From NCBI RefSeq assembly GCF_009914755.1, contig NC_060931.1: a stretch of 64,000 nucleotides of DNA; one strand, given 5' to 3'. Shown piece after piece: positions 42,697 to 55,773 of this stretch. Under the pieces are notes generated by a model. It searched no databases. It was not told where the DNA came from and saw only the letters and a list, made by a program, of their open reading frames with translations. Each line of letters starts with the position of its first letter. Positions within the stretch are counted from its first letter, which is position 1. Made by a program: the position numbers and the translations under genes. The stretch comes from the human T2T-CHM13v2.0 reference genome, Homo sapiens.

Positions 42697-44038
42697 AAAG
42701 TGAGGGATATCTGAGTCTAGAGCAGACTGAAGAGGAGGGGAAGTACAGTCCCCAGATAAAGGCCTTCAGATGTCATCTCTCACTAGCATGCAGGCCACAG
42801 CCCAGAGGGTAAGTATGGCTCAGTATGCTTCTAGAAAAAGGAAATCTAGGGAAATCAAGAATGGACAAGAATGAATATTTGCCAGTGAGGTATGTTGAGC
42901 TCCTTACGTACTGTATCAGGTGTTTGTCACATGCTCATTCTCAGGAGAAAGTATAATTGATCCTGCTTTATAAATAAGGAAAGGGAACTTTAAAGTTTTA
43001 AATTACTGTTTTGCTGTCACCCAAGTAGTCTGTAAAAACTTAGTATTCTACAGAGTGTTTTCTGACACTCAAATCTACACAAATAGGGCAATAATGCCCT
43101 TTGTGTTCATCTTCAGCATTTACGTCAATGCTTTGAACAACATCCACAGTAAAATCTTGAGATTGAAAGTTGGGTCAGGAGGACCATGGTCCCAGTCAGG
43201 AAAATTATCTTTTGATAGTTGGTCTCATTATATCCTTGGAAGACTCTGTGCATTTTGACTTTGAGAAAATAAAGTCTTAAGAGCACTTGAGTAGTCTGGC
43301 AGAGTTGATTAAAAATGAAGCCCTTAAACACTGTTATAATGCAGCTCCCAGCTGAATGGAAACATAGCTATGGCAAGGGCTGGAGCTCCTCAATCTGCTA
43401 AGATTAGTGGAAGTGAATTACCATTATGTGCCAAAGGAATATGTTTGGGCATCAGTGAAAAATGAGAAGAAATACAAAATGAAGAGTCCCACTTTTTAAA
43501 AAATAATGTATTAAACATTTAAATTGTGTAAAATCTTGCCAGACCTCAGAATTCCTCTGTTCCATCAAAAGATGCCAGTTGGATGAAGCATGTCTATAGG
43601 TAGATAAAAAAGTCAAGAAACATATTGTCATTATGGACTGTAACCATTTAAAACATCTTTAAGTTTAAATCACCAGAGATTTCTTGATTAAACAAATATT
43701 ATATAACAAAAAGTCACCAAAAAGGTGAATGTATCTAACATTCATCAGGTTATTACTCTATGCCAGACACTATATCAATGCTTTTAAAAGATTTTATTTT
43801 TCCAAAAGAAGTGAAACATAAACTAAGAATTATGAATCTCAGTGTTCAAACAAAAAACTGAGATTCAAAAGAGTGAAGTCATTGTTCTTAAGCATGCATG
43901 CAGTGAGTTCTGATAGAAAAGCAGCATTGTCTCAGGGAATAAAGATCATGGTAATTAGGAAGTCTTTCTTTGTTAATCACCTAGCTAAATACCTTGGGTC
44001 TAGGTGTACAGATACAAAATTAGCCCTCACTTGCTTAG

Positions 44039-44366
<328 letters not shown>

Positions 44367-44387
44367 CATAAACTATTTTTAAAATAA

Positions 44388-44812
<425 letters not shown>

Positions 44813-44864
44813 GAAAAAACTTTTAGTAACACATAAAAAAGAGTTTCAAGAGATATGGAAGTTA

Positions 44865-45650
44865 GGATTATAAACTGCGTTGCGTCATGTCCGTGGGACC
44901 GGAACACATCCGTGTGGTGCAGATGCGAACAGGGCAAGGCGGCCTGTAGAGCAGTAACCGGCGTCCGCGGTTCTCTGACTGCTCAGCACCACAGGAGAGG
45001 CCGTGCGTCGGCGGTCAGCAAGTACCTGACCAGCTTCCCCTGGGAGGGACCCCTTCACTGAGGGTCTGCACAATCGCAGGGTGAGGGACAGGGAACATCT
45101 ACGTGGCTGTGTCACTCGGGAAGAGCCCTGATGCAGCAAGGGGCCTTGTTGGAAAAAGGTGGGGGCCTCCGTAAAAGGCCTTTTTGGAAAGCAGGAGGCG
45201 TTCCGAAGCCCCGCTGCGCCCCCTGCCAGTCCCTTTGAATCCTCTCAGACCCGCTGGACCCGCCCTCTGCTAAGTCCCACACTGGGGAAGGGGAGCCTCT
45301 AGGACCATCGCCTCTGTCACTTCTCTTACGGGGAGAGAACTGAGGGCAGGGCAGCCTCTCCGCGGCAGGACGACTCCTGCGGGCCGTCCTGAAGGATGCG
45401 GTAGGAACAGCCCCGGAGCCAAGGCCCCGAGAGGACGGACGCCCACTCGTAGTGAAATTGTTAGAAATGGTGTTTTCAGACCATGCAGGGCTCTCACCCT
45501 GAGGCATTCTGCCACGCCCGTGATGGTGCCAAAGCGCCTCGCAAACATCGCTGGGGCTGCTTGCTCCCTGCGATGTCCTGCTGCAGGGAAAGCGACGCTC
45601 TTCTGTCCATTTTCCAAAACATTTCCAGTGCTGTAGGCGATTACTCTCCG
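44865..45650. promoter_or_regulatory. CpG island, candidate promoter
   Basis: About 45 CpG in 44881-45600 by hand count, GC roughly 60% in a CpG-depleted window; no repeat recognised; TATAAA 44869, TTGCGTCA 44880, CCGGAA 44899. Confidence 0.8.
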
Positions 45651-45994
45651 AGCAGTAATGTTGCTACTTGATGTTTTGAAAAGACTATGCATAGTAGAAA
45701 TACAACTTAATTCCAAGCAGTAAAACCGCCTTTTCAACATTTGAAAAAGACACAGTCTGCTATGTTAACAGATACCACTCAGAATTAGAATATGAACAAT
45801 GATGATCCAGCTACCTACATACACAGAATCCGATGTGATTTCTGTATTTATTCATTTGCCTATGTAATGAGTAGCCACGGTATGACTATACAACACTGCT
45901 AAACTCACTCACCGTGTCCTGGAACAGATGTGGGTTTTTAAATCTCTCTTTGCTTTATTTTCTAATAACTGAATTCTGTATTTTTGTTTTATAG

Positions 45995-46079
45995 GAAAAT
46001 ACCACCTTGATACAGAGTTATATTTTTCAGAATTTCATTTCTCCATCAATTGTTAAAAAAATTAATCCATGTACAGTAA
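45995..46079 (+). other. Candidate spliced exon downstream of the CpG island
   Basis: Acceptor ttctgtatttttgttttatag (ends 45994); overlapping donors CA|gtaagt and AA|gtgagt. Confidence 0.35.
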
Positions 46080-46139
46080 GTGAGTCTGAATTCCAAAATG
46101 AAATAAGTGATTTTTTTTTCTGGGATTAAAAATTATATG

Positions 46140-46958
46140 CAGGCCTAGCTCAGAGATATTGCAGGTTTGGTTCCAGAACACTTCAATAAAAGGAATATTG
46201 CTATAAAATGAGTGACACAAATGTTTTGACTTTCCAGTGCATGTAAAAGTTATGTTTACACTATCTTGTACTCTATTTACACTATATTATTCTGTGTCTG
46301 TGAAAATCACATCTTAATTTTAAAGTAATTTATTGCTAAAAAATGTTAACAGTCATCTAAACTTTCACTGAGTTGTAATCTTTTTGCTGGTGGAGAGTCT
46401 TGCTTCGATGTCAATGGCTGCTGACCAATCAGGATGGTGGTTGCTGAAGGCTGGAGTAGCTGTGGCAATTGTTTAAAATAAGACAACAGTGAAGTTTGCT
46501 GCAGTGATTGACTAGACACTCTTTCCTCGCTAAGCTTAATAATTTCTAGCTTTTGATTTAAAATAAGAGACTTGTGAATATTCCTTTCCCTTGAACACTT
46601 ACAAGCCATTGTAGAATTATTAATTGGCCTAATTTCAACATTGTGTCTCAGGGAATAGGGGGCTCCGAAGGGAGGGAGAGAGACAGAGGATCAGCCAGTC
46701 AATGGAGCAATCACAACACACAACACATCAATTAAGTTCACCCTCTTATATGGGCACAGTCATGGTGCCCAAAATGATTTCAATGTTAACATCAAAGATC
46801 ACTGATCACAGATCCCCACAGCAGATATAACAATCATAAAAACATTTGAAATACCATGAGAATCACTGAAATGTGATAAAGAGACATGATGTGAGCACAT
46901 GCTGTTGGAAAAATGGCGCCAATAGACTTGCTCAACACAGAGTTGCCAGAAACCTTCA

Positions 46959-46991
<33 letters not shown>

Positions 46992-47046
46992 CCGCAATAT
47001 TTGGGAAGTGCAATAAACTAAGGCAAAATAAAACTAGGTGTACCTG
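46140..47046 (-). mobile_element. Tigger1 DNA transposon, internally deleted, both TIRs present
   Basis: Termini caggc.../...tacctg; ORF 46346-46609 resembles the Tigger1 transposase N- and C-termini. Confidence 0.93.
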
Positions 47047-48931
47047 TGTTTTCATCAGGGCTAAAAAATTACCAGCATGATTCTTCTAAAATATATTTTA
47101 GATATCTGAGAAAATAAGTAAGAGATGATGAAAAGGAAAGTAACAATGTGCTTCAATATAAATGAGTATATAACAGCAATGAAAAGTGTTCTTTGTATTA
47201 CCAACAATCCAGCAGCCAAAACAACTGGACAGTGTTGGTTAGTTTGGACATTCATCCAATGTATATTTTTGAAAGGCCAACACAAAGATGACAAACAGAT
47301 CTATAAGTGTTGGTTTCTCATAACTGAGATCAATAGAGGAGAAATTTATAATATTTTAAGTGATTTTGTATACTAAATATATTCCTAAAAGAGTTATTAT
47401 GAACTCACATTAGTTAGTATTTTTTATCGTTGCCTTTAAAATAATTATGTCGAATTCAACATAAGAAATAGATTTGGTTGACTTTATATTTCTTTGCTGA
47501 TTTGATCACTATATTGTCTAATTACCAACATGTTCAGCGTCTGCTTATCTGTGCCTCTTCAGCACAGATGAATTCCCTTTGCAGGTAGGGCACCACAAAT
47601 TTAGATAGCTGTGGTTCAGTTCAGGGAAGAATAATACTGCTCTTAGGATTAAACAATCTTTATTCAAGCTTGGTGTTTTACTCTAAGAATGTGTTCATAT
47701 TATTTTTCTTTAACAGCTATACAGAGATTTTTAAGAAGCTACAATATGCAATTTATATGTCACTTTATCTTAATTTTTCATAAGCTATTATGCTATTGGA
47801 TTTAGAGGAAAGTAAGGTTCTTGCTATTGATGGTTTGAGGCTATTCTGAGTTTTATTATTATACAAGCTTTTATTTTAACATGATATTCAAGGGCTCTGC
47901 CACACACAATACATAGAAATGACTTGCAATACTGCATTCAATATCACATGTATTTTATCAGGAATAAAAGGCATGCAGTTAAGAAAACTTCTATTTCATT
48001 CTTTCCTTTCTTTGAATTCCGTTAACAAAGACAAGCCGTTTTAAATCTTGCTCCTGGGCGGATGCCGCTTTGGAAATTGGAGCCCATCTTGAACTCTCAG
48101 AGCTAAGTGATAAACACATGTAAATTGGAATTTATAATGGAAGGAACACGATACTTCATTGTAACTGCACAGGCCAGGCTCCGCTCAGATAAAATAAAAC
48201 AAAGTGCACAGCAGACCACCCTCCACTGTACTTTGATTAATTTTAGTTTTCCAACCTCAGAGTGATCATGTCAGTAATGCAGGCATTTCAGTTGACTTCC
48301 TGAAAGCATTTTGCTTTATATTTGCCAGTCACTGAATGTGGCATTTTACTTCATCAACCACTGCTCTTTTGAGAGCCACTCAGATGTGAAAAACACAAGT
48401 CTAAGATTTAGGCTCTCAGTAAATATGCAGAGAGATATAACTCTTCTGCATTGGATTGGAAAGCTGAATTTGATGGATCTTGGAAATAAAATAAAAGTCA
48501 TTTTCTTTTGTGTTCAAGAAGTATAAAGCTTCCCTTTTCTGTATTAGTTAGAAAATGAATGATATTAGGTAAGTTTAGGAATGACTTTCAGCTTCTACTG
48601 TGGGGGGATTATTAGGAAGACTGACAGCATAGAATAAGCTGAAGTCACTCAAAGCATTAGTCCCATTTACAATTGCTTATTATTTGATGGGTCAGTTAGA
48701 CACTCAGAAATCACACCTCTTATGTCTTGGGGCTATACTATCGACATACTTAATTTATTGAGTATCCTCTGCTACTGTCATTGAGTGGATAGTAAAGAAT
48801 GTTTGAATTGGAATATAGGATAAACCACCAAACAGGAAAAGCACCTCATTTAAGCACAAATAAATCTATGCTGCAATATAAACTTTCAGTTTCAGCTCAG
48901 AGATAGGGAGAGCTGGAAAGGCTGTTGCTCC

Positions 48932-49436
48932 TGTTAAAGACAAGGCCAGACACTAGTGGCAAAGCTGGATTTCATCAGTAATGTGCTACTGCAGTGGGGA
49001 AAAGAGCAGCATGAACTGAACGCTAGGATTCGTTCAGGGCTGATGGGTGTTTAAAGGAAAAATGAGGATAAGATGAGGGGCAAGTGGGGGAAGTGAAAAG
49101 TTACAGAAAGCAAAAGGAAGTGTTGGTCCATGTTAAATTCATCTGGGTTGTTTCCTGGTGCTTATGAAAATGAGGCCCCTGGCCTCCAGCAGAGGCTGGG
49201 AGACAGGGGTTCTATCTTTAGGTGTTGGCTGGAGCAAACAGTAAATGCTGTTGGCAGCCTTGAGTTTCTCAGGCAGGCACTTTAAGGGGGTAGCATCATC
49301 CTACAGATATGGCCTTGAGCTATTAGAAACTAACTTAGTGTTTCAAACATTTACTTTGAAGGCCAAGGTGGAGGCTATTCAAGAATAGGGACTGGGGAAC
49401 CTGGCTAGAGTTTGGTCCAGGAGAGAATCTTTGTCA
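48932..49436 (-). mobile_element. MER31-like ERV1 LTR within an old L1M 5' region (~48880-50600)
   Basis: Ends ggctagagtttggtccaggagagaatctttgtca, the reverse complement of a MER31-like start. Confidence 0.75.
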
Positions 49437-51859
49437 TTTCCACCATTACAACAAGCAAAAAGCTGGACAAACTGGAAATCATTCACATTTCTTGGACTTC
49501 TCAGAAACCTATGTCACAGAGTAAACAGATAACCTGAAATCTAGAGACATAGAGGCCCGGAGAGAGAAACAGGACCTGAGCATTTGCATACCTGGGCAGA
49601 CCTCATCAAATACCATATCGGCCATGGGAAGATTCAGCCAGAAATCTTTAGCAATTTGCTCTATGTTTAGTGACAGCTAGAAGGAAAGTATGAAGCCCCT
49701 GTTGCCCACTGATATAGGAGGTTCGTTTCTTATTGCAGGATTTTCTCCAGGTGGGTTTGACTGCACCAGATGTTCACAGAGAGGACTGGGGAGAATCCTG
49801 GGGAAGCTGTTCCCAGGTGCTGTCTGGGAGAGGGTAGGAGCCACCACTGCAAGAATCCCACCCAGACTCATCTCCCCATCGCACCACGGAGAACAAAAGC
49901 CATGGTATGTAGGAGGAAGGGGAACAAAATGTATGAGAACACTGGCCGAGGACACAGTGGAAACGCACTGTAACTGAAAGAGAGGAAAAGGAGGGGTAGA
50001 AATAAGTACTAACCCAACATCACAAAGGAGCAGAAGTACTTACGAAGTCCACAGCTGGACACTCAGGTTGACAGTGCCTGACTATGACTGAGGCTTAGAG
50101 TATCAGAAAATATTCCCATTGCAACGCAATGACCACACCTACAAACACTGAGTAAAACCCACAATAAAATGTATCTGCAAGAACGGCAAAAACAGATTCT
50201 CTCTGCGGAGCAGCTCAGAGATAACCCAAAGCCCAGCGCAGCATAAACACTGTGAGGACCTCTATGGCAAGTTTTCCCAGACTAGAAATACTTATTATCC
50301 CAAGAGAGACTTGAAGCTCTGGCGCCCTGAGGGTAACCATAGCAACAATGAACTTTAAACTCAGCCCAACTCCTGAGTTTAGCAAACCCACAGAGCAAAG
50401 GGCCAGCAGAAGGAAATGCATGCTTATCTTAAAATATAACAAGTATTTATTTAAATACTGTAAAATGTGAGTGGCTGTCAACAAAAAAATTATGAAGCAT
50501 AGAAATAAGCAAGAAATAGCAGTGTGCAGAGACAAAACAATCATCAGAACCAGACTGACCAGGGGGAATGTGAAAACTATCAGGGAATTCAGCTGACTAT
50601 GATTGATAGGTTCAGGAAGGCCTGCTCCACAGAGGAGTGTCTTTCAGCCCTGCTCTGCCTACAGTCTTTCTGACCTACATTTAGGAAAGTCTAGTGAAAG
50701 AGCAGTTGGATGCAGGCAGACACCCTTTATGTCAGAGATCCTGCAGTCTCCCTTCATGTCCAGAGACCCTGAAATCTTAGGTCAGTCATACGCACCTTTG
50801 AACATTAGAACTTGATTCTTTTTATCCATATATATGGCTGATTTCTCTTTTTCTTGTTGCCAAGGTTTTTAAATTATTTAAAGAGCTTATCACCACTTCG
50901 CTTTTAGTTCTTGAGATTACTTGAAGCCTGAGTTCTTTGCTAGGTTCAAAGTATGATATTTTTGTAGAATATCTCACTTGTTTTTATTCTTGTGGGGGAA
51001 CTAATACTTTCTTGTGACTTTCCCACTTTCCGAAAGTGAAAGTCTTTTGGCTTTTATTTAAACTGTGTACATTTAGCCAAATAATGTCACTTTTTAACAA
51101 ACTCACAAATTCAGTGTAATTATGTTACTCACAAGATAATTAGGTGATCTTAATCTATAGTTTATTTTGCATCTATCCAGCATCCTTTGGTAATGTGAAT
51201 ACTGTTAAAAATCGTGTAACATCTGCTTCCAAATCTGAAGCCCAACCTTCCTTCTGAAAACTACCACAAAAATGGCTAAAAAATATACACAAAAATTTGA
51301 GTTTCACCAACGCAGCAGCATGAGTTTGCTAAAATCCAGAAGAGAAAGAGAATGTATTGAGGTGAATCCAATATCCCATAATTTTCCCCACACTATATTT
51401 ATGGTTAGTTAGAAGGAGGTAACAAGGCTTAAAAGACTATCACAAAGCAATAGCTAAGAGAGAGAAACACTTAGAAAAAATTCACCAGTCTCTTGGGAAA
51501 CAGAAAATTAAATTCCAGAGATGGGCAGAGAGGATAGGTCAGGTAGAAGGTCTAGTTAGACACGGTGTACCCCAGAAGGACCTCACCTCAGGAAAAACTG
51601 AAACCAAATGTAGATCTATTCTCTTAAAAATGGAACCCATCTTTAGATTAGCTCAGTAACTGACTGAATGTAACTGATCTCGTCATGTAACAACTTCCTG
51701 CAGGAAGCAAGAACACAACTTTATTAGAGGAAGATAAATACCATCCTGAACTTCCATTATTTAAAAGAAAAATTCTTAGGCCTAACAAGAAACAAAATTA
51801 AGAGAAAAATAGACATGAGTAATAGATCCTCAAGAAATGCAAACATGCAGTATTGATGG

Positions 51860-53880
51860 GAAATAACAAAGTTACACTATTAGACTTCAAGACTTACAGC
51901 AAAGCTACAGTAACCAAAACACTGTGGCAATGGTGAAAGAATAGACAAACAGACCAATGGAGTCCAATACAGAGTCCAGAAATAGACCCAGATAAATATA
52001 ATCAACTGGCTTTGATAAAAGAGTGAAGGCAATGCAGTAGAGCAAAGATAGTCTTTTCAACAAATAGTGATGTAACAACTAGACATTCTCATGCAAAAAA
52101 TAAAAAGTATAGACACAGACTTTATGCCCTTCACAAAAATGAGCTCAGATCGCATCACAGACCTAAATGTAAAATGTAAAACTATAAAACTAGAAAATAG
52201 CAAAGGAGACAATGAAGTCAAACCTTCGGTGTGGTGCTAACTTTTTAGATAAAACAACAAAAACACAGTCTATGTTGTTGAAAGGAAGAACTGATAAGCT
52301 AGACTTCATTAAAATTAAACATTTCTGCTCTGCAAAAGGCATTGAAAAGAGAATGAAATGACAAGTCACAGAGTGGGAGAAAATATTGCAAAAGACACAT
52401 CTGATAAATGACTGCTATCCAAAGTACACAAAGAACACTTAAAACTAAACAGAAGAACACTTAAAACCTTGATGAAAAAATGGGCCAAAGACCTTAACAG
52501 AAACCTCTCTAAAGAAGATAGACAGATGGCAAATAAGCATATGAAAACATGCTCCACATCCTGTGTCATCAGAGAAATGAAAATTAAAATAGTGAGATAT
52601 TTCTACATGCCTATTAGAATGGCCCCAGTTGAGAACTCTGACAACTTCAAATGCTGATGAAGAGGATATGGAGCAAGCAGAGCTTTAAGTTATTCCTGGT
52701 GGGAATGCAAAGTGGTACAGTCACTTCGAAAGAAAGTTTGGCAGTTTCTTAGAAAACTAAACATCCTCTTACCATATGATGCAGCATTGCACTCATTAGT
52801 TCCCCAAAGGAGTTGAAAAGTTATGTACATATGAAAACCTGCACATGGATGTTTATAGCAGCTTTATGCATAACTGCCAAAACTTGGAAGCAACCAAGTT
52901 AAATAAACTGTGGTACATCCAGACAATGGAATATTATTCAGTGCTAAAAAGAAATGAGCCATCAAGCCATTAAAATACATGGAAGAAATTTAAATGCATA
53001 TTACTATGTGAAAGAAGCTATGTTAGGCCATTCTTGCATTGCTATAAAGAAATACCTGAGACTGGGTAATTTATAAGAAAAGAGATTTAATTGGCTCAGG
53101 GTTCTGTAGGCTGTACAGCAAGCATAGCAGCATCTGTTTCTGTGGGGCATCGGAAAGATTCTCATCCTGGTGGAAGGCAAAGTGGAAGCACACACGTCCG
53201 TCACATGGCCAAAGCAGGAGTAAGATAGCGAGAGTTGAGCAGGGAAGATGTCACACACTTTTAAATGACCACATCTCATGAGAACCCACTCACTATCAGA
53301 AAAACAGGACCAAGACATGAGAGATAGGTCCCCATGATCCAAACGCCTGCCACCATGCCCCACCTCCAGCATTGGGAATGGCAATTCAACATGAGATTTG
53401 GACGGGGACAAATATCCAAACTATTGTCAGAAGTCAACCTGAAATGGCTGCCTACTTTACAATTCCCAGCATTCTAGAATAGGCAAAACTATGGGGACAC
53501 TAAAAAGATCAGTGACCGTCAGGGATTAGAGGGAGGAAGGGAGGGATGAATGGGCAGAGCACAAAGATTTTTAGGGCTGTAAAAAAACTTTGCAGGATAT
53601 TATAACAGTGGATACCTGTTATTGTAAGTTTGTCTAAACCCATAGAATGAGCAATATCAAGAGTGAACCCTAATGTAAACTATAAACACTGGGTAATAAT
53701 GATGTGTCTGTGCAGGTTCATCAGCTGTGACAGGTGTACCACTCTGGTGGGTGATGCTGATAATGAGGAAGGCTGTGCATGTGTGGAGGCAGGGGTTTTA
53801 TGGGACATTTTTGTACCTTCCTTTCAATTTTGTTGTGAATCTAAAAATTCTTTTTAAAAAAAGTCTTTAATAATAATAGA
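51860..53880 (+). mobile_element. L1MC1-like ORF2 end and 3' UTR
   Basis: ORF 52469-52657 is an L1 ORF2 C-terminal remnant; 3' UTR gtgaaccctaatgtaaactat. Confidence 0.87.
53019..53429 (-). mobile_element. MSTA/MSTB MaLR LTR nested in L1MC
   Basis: MST motifs; 5-bp TSD GAAGC/GAAGT at 53014-53018 and 53430-53434. Confidence 0.9.
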
Positions 53881-53989
53881 AAAAACAAGGAAATTATTGG
53901 GGAAGCAAAATAATAACTTACAGAAATGATTTGTCCCCTACTGGGCAAAACAGGAGTTAAAAAGACCCGTAGAACACTGGAGATGGAAA

Positions 53990-55560
53990 TCGTAAATTCT
54001 AATATATCAGTAGTTACATTAAATATAAACGAACTAAATACTTCCCATAAAAAGCAATTGTTGTCACAGTATTAATGAAAAAAATCTAGTATTAATTAAA
54101 GAAATCCAGTTTAAATACAAAGATACAGAACAGTTGAAAATAAATAGAGGAAAAATGTTACACCGCACAAACACAAACAAGTATAAAGTTAAAATAACTA
54201 TACTAATAAGATGAAGAGAGCTTTAAAAAATCACATGCATTTCTGGAAATGAGATATTTGATAGTAATGGTAGCTTCTATTGAAATGCAATTGCTAACAT
54301 TTTTTATTTTGCATAATACCTAATAATCTGGCTTCAAAATATATGTAACAACAGCAAAGCCATGGATTTCCATGATAAATAATAAAATCCAAATTCATAG
54401 TGAAAAATGTATCATACCTCACTCAGTAACTGATGAAGAGCAATTGCCTGTGTATAGAAATTTTGGCCAAATCAATACATTTGAGTTTACATATGGAGAA
54501 AAGTTGGAAATTAATGAATTAAGTAAGCATCCATGTATCAGATTAAATCCAAATAATGTAAGTATAAAACAATGCAAAAATAACACAATAAATTAATGAA
54601 ATAGAACATAAAGAAATTAAAGTCAAAAGTGTTTCTCTACTGTTCTGTATAAAAATTGATATTTAGAAAGAATATTTAAAAACAGAGAAGCTTCTAGGTA
54701 TTAATAAAGCAGATGAAATTGATTATATTACTGATGCTAAAAAATACATAATAAAAGATATATGAATAATTTTATGGCAATAAATGTCAAATGTATTTAT
54801 TTAGGTGACAAGCCCAAATTTACGGGCAAAAAAATCTACCGGAACATATACAGAAACAAAGGAAACAGCCCAAAAAACGCACAAACTTGATAGTCCTATA
54901 TCCATACAAAATTTAATTTTTAATTACAAACATTTTATAAAGCAAATTGTAGGCTCAAAATGCACCACTAGCAAATTCCAGTTATTTAAAGACTATGAGG
55001 AAGAACAAATTTAAGGAAGAAAAATATAAAGAAATCTTCTATAAAATTTAAAACAGAGAATATTTCCCAACTAATTTTTTGAGGTCAGCATAACATTGAT
55101 ACCAAGTCTTGGAAAATACAACATAATAAAAGAAAATTATATGGCAATGTTTGTCATGAATAGAAAGGCAAAATTTCCTAAGAAAAATATGAGAAAATTG
55201 AATATAATAAAATAGAAAGTATTATATAATTAATCATTACCATCTTGGTTTCTTTTTTTCCCAGAATTTAAGATTGGTAAAATTTTTTTTTAAACAACTC
55301 AATCGATCTAATTTTACATATTGTCCAAATTTTTTAAAAACCGTAATAAACCATAAATTAAGAAAAATATTTGATGAAATCAATGCGTATTAACAATTTT
55401 AAATAAGACAGAAATAAACAGAAAATTTATAAATATTATATATCTTCCCCCAAATGCAATGCAATTATACTCAATGATAAAATATTGAAAGCTTTCTCTC
55501 TGACATTTGCAATTAAAGTATAATTCTAGATAGCATCCTCTCTATTCAGCTTTGTTCGAA
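53990..55560 (+). mobile_element. Ancient L1M ORF2 fragment
   Basis: Degenerate ORF2 start-region and RT-region motifs. Confidence 0.65.
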
Positions 55561-55658
55561 ATGAGACTTTTTGTAATCATGTAAACAAATGGCCCTCCAG
55601 TCCCTCACCAACCTGTGTTTCTAGGTGGTCTCTGAATTTAACAAAAGCAGCTAAGTCA

Positions 55659-55773
55659 TTTTCTCTCTATCACTCTCTCCATCTCTGTCTCTCTGTCTCT
55701 CTTTTTCTGTCTCTCTCTCTCTGTTTCCCTATCTCTCTATCTCTCTGTTTTCCTATCCCTTTCTCTCTTTCTC
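55659..55773. repeat. Degenerate (TC)n tract
   Basis: Directly visible. Confidence 0.9.

Noticed and set aside
44855-45740. Overlapping 62-156 aa ORFs in the CpG island
   Set aside because: Expected from stop-codon scarcity in GC-rich DNA; no recognisable domain
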